Origin: Raillietiella orientalis
Lineage: Eukaryota
NCBI GenBank assembly: GCA_036172245.1
Contig: JAYWIR010000003.1
Coordinates: 1,178,001 to 1,242,000, forward strand
Reading direction: 5' to 3'
DNA length: 64,000 nucleotides
Part shown: positions 12,871-26,989 of the stretch, piece by piece
Position numbering within the stretch: the first letter of the stretch is position 1
Layout of the letters: the number at the start of each line of letters is the position of its first letter
Notes under the pieces: model-generated
Told to the model about the DNA's origin: nothing
The model's input: the letters and a program-made list of their open reading frames with translations, nothing else
Databases searched by the model: none
Translations under genes and position numbers: made by a program

Positions 12871-15800
12871 AGCTTAGAGGTTTTTGGGCTGCTTCCTCAA
12901 TTTACTGAAAACAGCTATTATCTTAATGACATTATTCACCCTAAGCGTGCCACTTTTTTTTTTTGTAAGTTCAAGTATTTTGAAACAGAAACAGCAAAAA
13001 ATTTATAATTAAACACGCAAGCAGGCAAAATGAAACGATACACAGCGAACCATCGCACATACAATAACCACGGATCATTGCTTCATTACACTTGCATTGG
13101 AAAGCACAACTTAAAAAGGATGTTCAAAGAGGAACTCCCCAAACTCAATGTTACATCTACACAAAAGTTTGGAAATCCACCAAGACTTCCTTCTCTTACG
13201 ACACAATCATTTGGAGAAATACTTAACATTCACACTCACTGTTGCAGAATCTTCTTGGAGGCAACATAAAAACAAGGCATACAAAAGTCGGGATACAGCT
13301 GAGTCCAAATCACATATTTATTTCCCTATACTGTATGAAGTTTTGCACACATTCTGCGCTCGTAACTTATCTTCAAGTGTCTAAAGAATTCATAAGCTAC
13401 GAATGATTACTTGATATGCAGTGTTTGTTACATGCTGACATGTTTATTACGTCCATTCGAATGCAAAAATGACTAACACAAGATGCATGTAGCGCCCGTT
13501 TTCGCTTTCCAATTACTCAAATTTGGAAACCACAAGGCAACATCAAACAATACACATTTATAGCACTAACTATACTAACTTTCTGCTACATTTTTTGCTG
13601 TATGCATATCCTCGTCATACTTACGATTACCTGAAAACAAACTACAGGAAGTAAATTTTGATAAAAGCAACCTTCAGGACGACAAAAGATTGGATGCATT
13701 GGATGTTTTAGTGTTAAACAAGACACCAAAATTCCCAAATAAATACTTGCGGAATTCGATAATCTGCAGCATTCGTAAACCAACACTGAATCGCACAATC
13801 TTAGGTGATTCTTTGATGTCTTTGCTGCAAAAAGAATACTGTAGAAATTTCATTCCAATTCTTAACTTCATTTTTTTCCCCTACTGCGAAGTTTATTATA
13901 AGTTGTGAGGGTTCTTAAAAGGAAACAACACACCGTTACTTCATGTTTCACACCCTAAATGCAGCTTTTCACGTCGTAATGCACGTCAACAAGGAATTCT
14001 TGGTCGGTATTCATTCGATACTCTTTTCGTATACTTCTTCGGTTACTCTTTTACTAAATCGTAGCAAAAGTAGCATCAGCAAGATGTGTTTTGAAAACGC
14101 ACAAGTATGCTTTTTGAAGTTCAACTGGTTGTTGAAGTTTATGTAAATCGTTTCACAACAAACAAAGCAAATAAATTGAATGAACGTTGAGACATTAAAA
14201 TTATTCCAGACATACATTGTATAAAAATATAAAACAAATCGGTGATTCTATATCAGTTTTACCAGCAAAACAATGTCTAAATTCTAAATAATAAATTCAA
14301 GTCTTGTATTCCGCAAAACAAAAGCAAAAGGGATATGTAATCAACAAAATAGTACAAAGAAAATGAGGAAATGTAAGAATTTTAGCAAAATCCTTAATGT
14401 TTACTTTAAAACACCTCGTATGCATATCGCTAGATTAAACTGATTACATTACCTTTGATTTTGAAAATAATTATTTTTGATGAAAAATAATCATAGAATT
14501 AGTAATCAAAAAGGGATTAAGATGACAGAAAGTCCTTATGTGCGTCAAGTTCCTTGCTTTTCTAACTGACACTGGCAACTAGAAAAGTAACGAAATTTTA
14601 AATTGAAATTATCTTCAAATAATTTGATAATTTTCAATCTTAATTTTAAAAAGGTTAAAAAACAGAGCATTATTATGCACTTTTCATGGAAAATGCAGGG
14701 TTGCGTGTCTCAAAAGAAAGAAATAAGTAGCAGAAGACATTGCTGCTGAAATCGGTCTATAATAATTATATGCCGATAGAATAAATGCCTTCATTTTGGT
14801 AAAACAGTTTATGTCTTCGATCCCCAGTGTTCTTTTCAGAAACTGTGAGCAAAAAGCGGATGTTGAAATTTTATCCAACGTAAAAACAAATGAGCATACA
14901 ATCCCATAGGCAAATGGTTAGAACGTGGATCGTAAGCAAGACACACATCAACATTTGAGCATGCAGAACTGATTAAGAGAACTAAAAAAGAAAATTGATC
15001 GGAACGAAATTAGTGATTCTCGGGTGGATACTATCATTTTGGTGAAAACGAAATGCTGGCGGAAGAACAAAGTTGTGGGGAAAACGAATAAAAAAAAGAA
15101 CTTGTGATGACTTGCATTTACATAAATTCCATACATGGATGTATCGGTCACAATAATACACATGCATTTAATCATACACGAATGCATCCCCAAATATTTT
15201 TCTCAGAACCCACTCAGTTTCGTGCAGCATGTGTGCAGTTTTCCTGAAAACAACGCGCACTTTCGAAAAGAAACCAGAATTTCAGAACATAGAAAAACTA
15301 CAAGAATTTCTCTAAAAGTAAGCGACGCTTATAGATTAGGAGGATGCTTTCAAAGTAGTTGACATTCCCTATTTTATAATTACTAAGAACACACAAACAG
15401 ATCTGCAATCTAAGAACTGAAACGGTTCCTCCTCACATTGCAAATTCTAGAATGAAATGTCTTTCAAGATAAAATTAGAATTTCGAAAACAGTCATTCAG
15501 TATGTAATGATTTCTTCCCCATTTTGTGAAATGTAAGGTCTTGTTAAACTGCGCAGGTTCTTACCAAGTAAGTCTATCAAATTCTGATGACTTCAATCTG
15601 GTGAGAAGATAAGGAAATCCGAAAATCATGTTTCCATCGATTACAGGATACACGTGGATCCAATTTCACAGTCTAGTATTAGCTATTAAAATACATCAGA
15701 TCGGAAATAAGTGATAGTTGGAAAGTCATCACGTGAATATGTTTTCAAATATTTTAGAAAGGAAGACAGAAAACCAAGAGAACGGATCATTTTTTCAGAA

Positions 15801-17329
15801 AAGGCACGATACTTATGCATCTCGGAGTCATCATACTTTTTGGTTTGATGAGGTGGGAAATGGATAAGAACAATTATATTTAAATCACATTATTTTTTTT
15901 TTTAAAAAAATGCGTGACAGTTGATGTGGAGTTTTACCGAGGCAGTCTGGAATACTAATCACACACAATAGTGTTTTGGCAAGAAATGATTTAGAAGATT
16001 CGCCAGTAGTTCACGATAGTTGCAAAAGGAATCCCATGAAAGTTTTAAAACTTGCTTGCACACGAGCAACGCACTCTCATTTACATTCTTCGTGATCTGC
16101 ACGGGCAAATTCAAATTGTGAGAATGTTTACAATGATGCCAAGGCATCTCGAAACGGCAGCAAGCAATAGTAAGACATCCACCCACGAGTTACAGGAGGA
16201 GCCTTGTCCCCAGCTCCAAGAACACAGGGTAAAATCAATAGGGAAGATGTGAAAGGCGGAATTTTCGTGTCAGATGTTTGGCAATCTTGTGAAAGCCCTT
16301 GTCTCCTAAAACTGGGTCCAATCAAATCCAAGACAACAACTTGTTTTAAAAAGCGAATAGTTTTAGTGGGAAATGCTTTTTTCCCATGCTTTAAGTACGA
16401 GCATATAATTATTTGCTCACTCTACACTCTATTTGATGCAACTCGTAAGAGTTTGCAACACTCAAGTGCAAACCCTTTTGTACCTTCATTAACTTCATTC
16501 CGGAAACGTACAGCGGATGAAAATTTCGTACATTGACAATTTATGAGAGACGATTCCTTTACTTACATATGCTTCTAGGTTTTATGAATGTTCTCTAATT
16601 CACCGGCGCAGCTATTAGATTACTTTTCTTACTCGGATAAGGATAGTGCTGGGAATGGATTCCATGCAGCATGAATAAAAGAGAGAAGAATAAGCTAACA
16701 GTCACATACAGTAAACCATGAAACAACGCAATTGTGGGGGATGAGCAAAAGAAAATGTTTACATGGAACCTTAATAGTCACTTATTTCTCAAATAACTGA
16801 TTGTTAAGGTATCTCCTTTAATTAAATTTCCAACCACCAATATGTTTTGCCAAGTTGATTGAATATATGCTTTATACCTTGCTATAAGAAGTTCACAGTT
16901 TTTCAATAGTTGCAAAAATATTTGAAGGTACATATTGGTTATATGTGCTTCCACCATCCCTCAATGTAATGTATGCCACAGTAAAGTGCGAAATGGAAGT
17001 GGTATAAAATATTAGTCTTTATCAGCTGACTGTTTACCGTTGTGGCTGATTGGAAATGGCATCTTAATGAGGTCTGTCTTGTGAGAGATCGTATCTGTCA
17101 GAGTTGGTTGCGAAGATTTTCACGTGTGAATGTACTCCTATTCCTTCCTTCCTACTTACCGCCCGCCACTTTTGAGAACGCTTCACACTGAAGCACAGCT
17201 CCAAACGAGGCACGCATTCTCAAGAATTCCCCCTTTTATATATATATATATATGTATAAAGGATACTTTTCCTTCTGTAAAGGAACTTAAGTCTTGTAGA
17301 ATCCATTTGGTGGGTGTGGAGTGAATCCT

Positions 17330-18610
17330 AAGTGGATCCCCAGCCGGCTTGCGGATCCATGAGATCGTTCTGAAAAGCTGAAGTCTGTAAGTCAGCTCTG
17401 GCTGTACCAGGAATGGAGTACGAAGAAGCTGCAATCCCATCTGAATCTCGTCAAATAGTGGGAACCGGTTCCCCCCCCCCCCCCCTCTGTTCTACGATTT
17501 GACATTCCTTCGTTCCCGTATTTCGCACTAGATGCCAGACCGGTCGGTCACAGTGTGGGGGAGACGTCTCGGAAGTGTTTGGGAAGCTGCCTTTCCACCA
17601 TTCCGGGGCTGCTCGAGAGTTTGCGACATTGCAATAGAGTGTGTTGACTGAGGCCCAGGACCTTGAGGTTGATTGGGCAGTTCTGCCAAATGGACGAGGA
17701 TATCTGCTAGGAGTGCCCAAGTGACGACCGAGCTGTGTTTTTGCGCTATCATTAGCCTCTCACCAAGTGCCCAAGAGAAGGAAGCAATGTTTCGAACATC
17801 GCAGCCGCTCAGATTATTCACCGCCTCGTTAGTTCTGTCGGATTCTCGGGAGGCTGGGGAGGGGGATGGGGGGGGGGCTCGTAATTTCGAACGGCCCAAG
17901 TCCTGCCTGGGCTGGAGATCTGAACAGCTGCTGGAAAAGCACTTTTTGACAGCAACCTTTCCTTCCGAGTGTGATTCGAGATACTCGGCGATTGCATCTC
18001 TGAGTGCGTGGCTTGCCTACACGATACTGGGTTTTTGTCGTTTACTGCTGCTGCAGCTCCATCGTCCGTTTCCGAAACTCGCTCCCAACTCCACGTCACG
18101 ATTCCCACTTGTCTTCGTTTTAGTGCGGCGAAATGTCTCTTTCGGCGCCGGATTTTCTTCCTTTTTTTTTTTTTTTCCTTCTTTTCCCTGGATGCGTCGG
18201 ACTCCCGACAAATAAAGCGTACGGCTTTCCCATTTCCTGCTAAGGGGAAAAAAATTTCTTGGCCAGTCCAAACGGAATCAAACTGTCGGCCCTTTCTTTC
18301 CTCCTTGCCACTAGTGTCTAATATTTGAGAACTATGTACACACGTTTGCAGTGTTGTGCTACAATGTTGCCAAATCTCGAAACGGGAAAAAAACAAATAA
18401 ATCCGCTGAGCGGCGTCCACGGATTTCGGCACACTGCTGGAGCACGTGAACTTGAAGCTTGTCCTTTCGGGAAACTACATCCCGTGAGCACGAATTTGGA
18501 AATTTGCACTGGCCAGACCCATGAAGAGGAAGTTAAATAAATGAAGTCTTGCTGACCTCCACAGATGGACTCCGCACGGCTGCTAATGTCTGCTTTCGGA
18601 GTCCACATTC
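17330..18610 (-). mobile_element. Possible decayed LINE remnant (ORF1 end / endonuclease start)
   Basis: GC-richer block. Basic low-complexity linker (KETFRRTKTKTS), a degenerate knuckle-like ICFFPVSRFGNIVAQHCK and an endonuclease-start-like VNTLYCNVANS. Motif support is weak. Confidence 0.3.
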
Positions 18611-19963
18611 TCCTATTAAAGCTGCATTGAAAAGGAGGAATGCACCCTACATTGCACCTTCGTTTGACCTCTCCGGAGACACAAGTTGATACCCTAATTC
18701 GACAAAATTACAAAGTTTTCTTGCTTTACACCATCATGGGTTAAAGCGAAAGTATTCTGCAGCCTGAAATGAAAAAAACAACTTCAGTTAAGATTTTCGC
18801 TGTCTCGTGACGTGCTGAAGATATCGATTTGGTTCCATGAGAAAAAACAAAAAAAAAAATCCCTCTACGGGACAGAAGATCTGTTTTTTTTTTCCTTCTA
18901 AATTCCTGCTTCGAAAGAAATGAGGGGTCTCTAAGTGCATCACCAGAGTTCACCTTAGGGCATTCGAACCTGCAAACATACCAAAAACAAGAAGGATAAT
19001 TTGCAGGTATTCAAGAATGAAACAGATTTTTCTTTTTCGAGGGAGAGAGAAAGAGGGAGCACTGAAATATGTCTTCATATCAAAGTTCCATTCCGAGCAG
19101 CATACACGAATCGAAAAATATAAAGACTGGTGATTATTTTCAATGATATTCCAATCTGCTGTGTTCGCACATCCCTAAGTTCTTCAGCACAGCCCTTCAA
19201 ACGTCACGTTTCAAAATATGGAGTTCTGACGTTCATCTTCATAACGCAATTATCGCTTGGTTATTCGTGTTGAGTGGTTTTCGGTCCATATTTCTATCAT
19301 CTCTGGACCTGTTTGTGGGCGCCGTTCGTCCAAAGTCTTCCCTCTGATTTTCCTTTTCCATCATGGCCGGCCATTGCCTGCACGCTTCCCCTTTCGAAAA
19401 AACCTCCAGCTGAGAGCAATACAAGATGCTTCTTGGATGCGCGTTTTCCAACTATTCTGTGCAATTTGGGGAAATTTCTGGCTTCTCCGACTCTCTAACC
19501 AATTGGCATCTTCTCTCCTCATAGAGCCACTAGAAGGTTGATCTTTTTTTTTCTCTGGGAAGCTTTCTGGTGATGCTTTTGTTTGAGAAAGGGGGGAGGG
19601 GGGGGTTGGCAAGTTGATGATAACCCCAAACGCAGTAGCAGTGTTTCTGCTCGTCTTTTTCTTCCTTGACTCGATTGCCTATTCGACCCTTCGACCTCGA
19701 AAATGTACAAAACCTCCATTGAGAATACAGAAGGTATTTTTTGAACAGTTAGAAAGACTGTGAACTGTGCATTGGTGATGCTTCCTTTTCCACATTTTCG
19801 TCAGTGGTAAAGATATTGGTGATGAGATGAGAACGTTGATAATTTCAGCTGGTACATCTTGACGATAATTCGTAATCATTCTTCATTCGCCTTTTATGTG
19901 AATCCACTTCTAATCCTTTCTATCATACTCGTATTGCTCCATCTCCCGATTCTTCTTCTTACT

Positions 19964-20033
19964 TCGCTAAGGTTGGTAGTCAAAAAAGGATCGAGAACGG
20001 TAGAAGTACCTTTTTGACTACCAACCTTAGCGA
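19964..20033. repeat. Perfect 23 bp inverted repeat (70 nt hairpin)
   Basis: tcgctaaggttggtagtcaaaaa (19964-19986) is the exact reverse complement of 20011-20033. Confidence 0.95.
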
Positions 20034-20122
20034 TCACCTCCATCCTGTCATTCATCAGAGGAACCCATGTTATGTATCACTTTTTTCCTTCTTACAAATT
20101 ATTCCCTTATCATCATTTCCAG

Positions 20123-20157
<35 letters not shown>

Positions 20158-22199
20158 TGATTTTGTGAACTACAAATCAAAAAGTTAGGTTTCCTTAATC
20201 CAGGAAATTGGTTCCACCGGAGCCCTAGGAAGTCAGACGCATCCCATGAATTGGCGAGCTTACAAAAGATATCCAAGGGCCCCTCGACACCTACATCTCT
20301 ACCTGTAAAAGCATCAAATGAAGTCTGTACCATCGTCAACAACAACAACAACGCGTATCTATCAAAAAAAAAAAAAAAGAAACAGCGATAAATTAGAGTG
20401 CGCACAGCTTCGCTGTACTCCCATCCCACCATAATCAACACTATCAAAGTATTTTAGCCACAGAGTAATCCACCCTTATCGGCTTCTACCAATCCAATCC
20501 TAAAACCTTCGTGGAACGTATTCTCCTTACTTCTCTCCCGTCCCAGCCTCCTTTAAAACGTAAAGCGGAACGAAACTGCCTCGTTAGCAACGGGTGCTTC
20601 CCGTCGCTTTATCTGCCACATCCTTCTCTCTCCAAGATTGCCGTTCCGACCAGTTTTGTGAACGGGTTTCGATCTCAAACGCTGCCAAGAGCACCATCGT
20701 TTGGGATCAGATCTCCCAATTTGCCGTCGAGAAGCATCAGTGACTGCATTCTCAGGTTGCCATCGGCAACCGCTTTCTCTCGACGTTTCATGCTTTCCGT
20801 GTTTCACGCTCTAAGGTGAGGCTTTCTTTTAAGGCGGAGCATTCCTCGTCCCTGAATCCTCCTCAGAACAACAACAGCAACAAAATGCAACAAATTCTAT
20901 TCTGTTCTATTCTTTGGGAAAGGATTAGGAAGGGATTGGATTGACACGTCTTGAGTTAGGCCGACATATCTACACGGTACATTGTCTTTAACTCATCTCA
21001 ACCGCTCTAAGCGGATCGATGTTTTTCCCATTGTTGAATAGAAGATGATTTGCAAACATCTTCTATGCCATTCCGTATTATGGATCGCTTAGAGCAGTCA
21101 ACCTGAACTAAAGGGAAAATTCATGAGGTTCCGTTTTCCGGAGAGGGAAACCGAATCTCGTGAAAGACATTTCCTTCTAGAGAGTTGTTTTGCAAGCATC
21201 AGCAATCTTAAAACAACTTTATCGTTCGAATCAACAGTCCTATTAATCCCTAGGGGTCATTGTGGACCCATAGGTATCATTAATTCTACTGGTTTACATA
21301 GTGATTTCCCAATTTGTGCCAAAAATTCGTTTTCTTAAATACATATGAGCCATAAAAAAATTGGAGATCAAAATTACCAGATCTTCCTTCCCGATGGATT
21401 TCTTCATTTCCCCTCCCCCTCTCACAAAACCAAGATTTTCGTTGACTAACCATCCTCATCCCTACAGTGCACCGTTGTCATGCTGCTGATCATCGAACTA
21501 TTTCTCATCCAGTCCACGAGCCTCAGTAGGACGTCTTCCAGAGATAACTCTGGAAGCATTATCTTCCTACAGACTAGAGAACGCTTTGCATCCGAGAAAA
21601 ATGCTCCAAGGAACATTATCCAAGGAATATCAGGGAAGAACCAATCATCAGCCTTGCTAAAAATCGCCGAGTGCGTTTCTTGGTCAGCATCTCACTGGAG
21701 TTTACGGATTAACAGCATCGAAACTTTTCATTAAAGAAGGTCCTCAGGGAAATTCGGTCGTCAAAGCGCATCCGCGATCGATAAATAGGATCAAAAACAG
21801 CTTCTGATGTTATTTGGCAATTCCCATTCTTTACACTATGAACCCCGTCATTTTATTTTTCTTCTCCGTGTTGTTGTGCTTGAGGACAGATGGTGGTTGT
21901 GCTGAGTGGAATTTGGGTGTACGGGGTTCAGAGACATGACCTCGGCGAAAGCAATGAGATGAAGAAACACCGAACCTTAATGAGGAATGTCCATCAAAAA
22001 AGATAGAGATTTCTCTGATAAGAAGCCACTAAGAACAGCTGGTTAATCAGCAACCCTTCTGGCATGCACAATCTCAAAACAGAAACTCCATCTAAGCTTA
22101 AAAGGAGCCGAGAAACAGCCTCACTCCTTCCTTCATTCTATTTCTCTTCGTGCGTGGCGGGTTCGGAGTTTCTCCTCAAACGGCGCTGGTTGGCCTAAT

Positions 22200-22805
22200 C
22201 ATTCGGGCGTGGCATTGGTGGTGGATTAAGGCGGAGGCCCCCGATGAAGGCCGGAACAATGGGAGTCGACCTTCGGGTCCTCCCAGGAATCAAGGAGTGG
22301 GGAGTTCCCCCTCCGGTGTGCAAAGGAGAGTGGACCCCCGTCACCAGGGGACAGCCTCCGGTTTCAAGATGGAGCAGGAGCCCTCACGGGCACCTCTCCA
22401 TTTGTTCAAAGGAGCGGACCCCCCTGTTGCGGGGGGAACTCTCCGAGTCGTTGCCTCTTCACAGAGTGCCCAAGGAAGCAAGCGAGAGCGATTCCCCTGC
22501 GGGAAGCTGCAGCGCCCCTTCTGAGTTTCGGAAGCGTCCCTTCGGGGTTCTCTTCAGAGGAGTGAACAGGAGCGGTTCCCTCCGGAGAAGAAATTGCTAC
22601 TAGAGGATCCGGGTTCCCTTCGGAGAAGATGAAGTGGAGAGGACCGCTCCCCTTCCGGGGGGTTCCTCCGGAGAGAATGAGGAAGGAGATTCCCTTCTGG
22701 GTTCCCCTTCGGAGACAACCAGGGTGGGAGGTGAGATCCCCCCCGTCCGGGGGTTCTCTCCCCAAGCGTGAGAGGAACGGACCCCGAGCCTTTCTGGATT
22801 CCGCG
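22200..22805. repeat. GC-rich dispersed repeat, copy A (inverted relative to 28729-29213)
   Basis: Its reverse complement shares blocks such as ctggttgtctccgaag and ttcctgg(g/a)aggaccc with copy B. Internal short subunits of the form ttcccttcggag. Confidence 0.75.
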
Positions 22806-24560
22806 GGACGAAATTCTCCTCGACTCTCTTCGTGGAATCAGGAGCATGCCTTCAGCCGGAGTTTCGTAGATTCTGCTCCTGAAATGTCTTTCCACTTGAC
22901 GGAGGGCGGTGCTCCTCGTTCGCAGACTCCTGTTTACGTCGGAGTGAGGCTTTTTCTTGTAGGAAAATACGCGACTAGTGGGTGGCGCGCACGGGATGCT
23001 GGGATTTATTTACGCGAGGATCGTTACCAGAAATTCTCCGTTCGACTGTCAAGGCAACGCTCCCGTTGTGCACACGGGAATACTGACGTAATGCATCAGC
23101 ATTCCGGCAGTGGTGATTGGATGATGTTCCCTCTTTGAGCGCAGCGATAGTTGTCATTAGCAACTGTTGATAAAAGCTGCAATTAGGAGCCGGCGATTGC
23201 GGTTCACACGCACCGCATTCAATCAACACATGCTCTGAAGATCTGAATAATGAAGCCGGTGGTGGTTGTGCTTCCATTAATAAGTGGGCTGTAGCAGAAT
23301 GAAGATCTCCGGTGCGCACGATGGAAAGGCAAAAGGAATTCTTTCCTGATAAGAATGCATCCAGAAGTCTGTGCAGCAAGCAACACATTCCACGAAGAAT
23401 TTTCCGAAACAGCTCCCGAGTGGTATGAAGCATTTACGTACTACACATGGAAATACATAGTATATCGCATTCATGTCAACGCTGTTGAAATACATAGTAT
23501 GTATGTAATATACGATTTCTATGCTTCGCATGCACAACACATCATCCGCTATTTATGCATACACTATCTTATTTGTTATATACAGTAATCAACGGTAATT
23601 CCTCACTCCTCCGAAGGCAGACCTCACGGCAATTTATGGGATGCGTGAATGGGGCGTTTGAAGATTTGCAAGTGATTCCGTGTACGGGAGTGAGCTGTCG
23701 GAGGAATTTCTTTTGGAACACATGGGGGGAGGGGGTTAAGAAATCAGTACGCCGTGATTCGACGGACAGTGGAGAATGGAGAATGGACAGTGAAGAATCT
23801 CAACTCAGACACCCCTTTGAGAACGCGTGGTCTTTCCTCTCCAATGGAGGTTGGATGAGCAGCAATGTGCTGAACCCGTGGAGAAAGGGCGTCGAAGCTC
23901 TGCTGCCGTTTCAAACCATTCAACCGCGAGTGAGCTTTTTGATCTGAAGCTGAGAATTCAGTCCACCCGGAAGAAAAATGAAATCACGACGACACTTCAA
24001 AGAAAGAAGGAAGGGCAGAAAGGAGCTTCTACAGTCCTGTGAGTTTGTCGGTGAGCTCATCTCACAGTACGTAGACGCAAAGGGTAAAACAGGAACCATC
24101 AATAACTGTTTATTTTATAATTCAAATGAAAATACAGTGGGCCCTCGTGTTATACGAGCCGTTTGGGTTATGCTTGGATAATAGGATGGTATCAAAAAAG
24201 GATACAAGATCCATTTTAGACGTTATAATAGCAGGGGGAAAAAGTGCGTGTTTATGATTTAAATTGTACAATTTTGCCGAAGCTTTCACAGTTTTGTTGA
24301 TCTTTGATCAACTCTTCAGACCATTTTATGGTTTCGGCTCTATCGTCCTCGTTATTCAAAAACGCATCTTCTTGTGTCTTTTATCCACGAACATCCGAGT
24401 GAAATACAATTCAGCTTGAATTCACTCATCGGTGTGCTTTCTAAGAACGGCTGAACAGAACAGTCTACCACAAAAGTCAAATTCATCCACAGCTCCGCTG
24501 GTACGGGACGGACAGACCTCGTTGAACGAGGACTGCAGCCATTTGTTCATCGCGTTATAC

Positions 24561-25390
24561 CAGTGATTCCCAAAGTGGGCGATGCCGCCCCCTCGTGGTC
24601 GCTGGGACGATTCGGGGGGGAGGAGGGGGTGATAGTAGCCTCAAGAGCAATTGGAGGACGTTGAATAAAAATAGAGGGCGCGGTGAAAGAATAAAGAAAG
24701 AGGAGAAGATCAGAAAATTAAAAAAAAAAAAGAGTTCGTACAAGTTTCACCTGTTGTGTACCATGAGAAGTCGTAGTCAGGTTAGGTACTTTGTTTCCCA
24801 AATAAACACACAAAATGCAAGTTGTCATCGGTCCGTGGTCAAGTCTGCAAAGAGGTCTCGTCAAGCAAGTGTTGACAGACAAGCGTGTCGCGCCTTTTCT
24901 GAAGATCCAGCATCCATCTGTAGGAATATCTGAGTGTAATTACTCGTTTACAAAACGATACTATTAATAGGAGAGAAATTATGAAATCAAATTTAGATGG
25001 TTTGCGAGCTGTGTGAAAAACAGTTAAAAAGCGCATTAAGTTTTACAATAGTTTTGATAAAGCAGCAAGTTACACGTGTGTATATATATACATTTACTTA
25101 CACATCTACCATACATTTCTGTCTTCTAGTCTTTACTACTAATAAAATTGTTGCAGACTTGTGTCGGTGCAACACTTTTTGAAGTGAGTTGATGCCTTTG
25201 TCAAATTTTTTATTACAATATTGACGAAAGTAGGAGAGGGAAATCGTAAAAAAAACTGTTGACCATTGACATTTATTTATATTTCTATCGAATCATTTGT
25301 GTTAATTGGTAATAAGAAGGTACATTTCAGGGGGGTGCTGAGTAATTTTTCAACTGAAAAAGGGGCGGTAGACCAAGTTTGGGAACCAAC
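24561..25390. mobile_element. Non-autonomous hAT-like (Charlie/SPIN-type TIR) element
   Basis: Left end CAGTGATTCCCAAAGTGGGCG...CCGCCCCC; right end AGGGGCGGTAGACCAAGTTTGGGAACCA is its approximate reverse complement. The right TIR is clipped and no TSD is visible. Confidence 0.55.
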
Positions 25391-25399
25391 CGGCGGCGT

Positions 25400-26560
25400 A
25401 TGTCGGTGCTCTCCTCCTTGGCTTCCTCTTCCAGCCGTCCTGATGTAGGTGGCTGCCATCCTAGTGACCTCCCTTTGCTGTATGATGTTTAATAGCACTT
25501 GTCGGGCCCCAACGATGGCACGGATGCAACCCATGGTGGCAGTAACAGAGCCCGTCGAGAGGCCTCTCGGCACGAAGAACCGCTGCAGCACGTCTCGGGA
25601 GGTGTCCTCCTGGTGCAGGAGTTCTGTTGTCAGCCTCCGCCACAGTCCTTGGAGGGCACTGCGCTCCAAAAGCAGTTGCGAGATCGACTCCGTTGACCCG
25701 CACCTGGCACAGTTCGGAGGTGCATCCTCTCTGGAAACTCGATGCCGTCGCTCGTTACACTGGAAAGCCCATTGGATGAAGGGCAGTACTGCCTGCTTCT
25801 AGACGAGGGGGAACAACAAACTCCTCCACACAGTGGGGATGGACCACAAGTTCTTCGGGTGAAACACTCAAAAGTTGGCCCCACCGAAGTTGTCCCTTCG
25901 CTACAGAACGCGGAGTGGCAACATCCACCAACTCACGAGCCTTCCAGGCACCGAGGAGTTATGTTTTTCCCGCGCTGGTGCAGGAAAACTACCACTTCTC
26001 CGGTTGACTACTGTCATCTCTTGCTCTGAGGGCCGATAGCGATGCGGCGAGGGTTCTGGCGGCCAGGGTCGAAGACTTCACCGCGTCCTGCACCATCACT
26101 TCCAGTGGTGGTGGCAACAGATGTCGCAAAGGGTGAAGATCTTGAGGGAGCATTCCCTCGAATGCAGCCCAGGATTCAACAGCCTCTTGCCTCCAGACAT
26201 TGTAGTTCACTGGGCGGCAGGAGATTGACGGTTGGGCTTCCACTAGAGGAGCGAGTTGCCTCAGGGGGAAGCCAAACCCCTGCATCCTGTAACGGGAGCT
26301 CGGCAGCAACGACAGCAGTGCTTCGTCTCCCCCGCATCTCCGAAGGATGATGCGTGCTGGTGCACACAACGGGGAAGTCCAATCTGGGCACAAAGTATCA
26401 GCATTCGGAACTGCACTTGCAGCCCGATTCGCTCCAGAGTCAGGATGCCTAAGCCATCATCTCGACGCGGAGCTGCCAAGAGATCCTGGATCACCTAAGT
26501 AGTTCGGCTGCAACGAAGTGTGTCCTCCAGGGACCGGGCCAGGCACTCGCACTGCTGTTT
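25400..26560 (-). mobile_element. 5'-truncated Tx1/L1-clade LINE ORF2 3' portion
   Basis: Post-RT LLAAPRRDDGLGILTLE (compare LCRPREHGGIGMKLLE in the full element) and C-terminal knuckle PNCARCGSTESISQLLLE.SALQGLWRRL. Confidence 0.75.
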
Positions 26561-26989
26561 TGCGGCTACAGCTGCGGCTCCCTTGGGCAGTTGCAGTCGT
26601 TCGATGGCCATGAGACGTTCGGGTGCTTCCCTTTCTGGTCGGCCATATCCCGGATTGTGATACATTTTTCCCGTCAAACAAGTCCCGACAGTCGATCGAG
26701 AGACGTTAACGCACACCACCGTCCACATCTCTCGCATACTCTCTGCCTGCCACCACTTCTACACCGAACACAGCCGTTCTTTGTTCCACGTTTTCATCCC
26801 AGATCGCAAACGCTTACCTCTGTGCGTGCCAATCAGAAGGAGAGAGAATACCAGAATCTGCAATGAGAGTCCTGATGCAGGAGCCACGAGCAGCATTTTT
26901 TTGTTGTTGTTGTCTCGACAGACCTCAGGTTCGTATGTATATTTTTTTTCTTATAAAAGGCCAGTAGCAACCTCATGGGGGGATAGTTA

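Noticed and set aside
15585..15625. CTGATGA followed by a short stem, resembling a hammerhead ribozyme core
   Set aside because: GAAA does not directly follow the stem, and stems I and III cannot be built.
18650..18675. CATTGCACCT...TTGACCTCT resembling U1 stem-loop II
   Set aside because: Only two short matches with a gap; no stem and no other U1 elements nearby.
22520..22760. Short repeated units with variable spacers suggesting a CRISPR-like array
   Set aside because: Eukaryotic context, degenerate units, irregular spacing and no cas genes; part of a dispersed repeat.
23300..23400. FFPDKNASRSLCSKQH resembling a THAP domain
   Set aside because: No N-terminal cysteines or open frame; too short to support.
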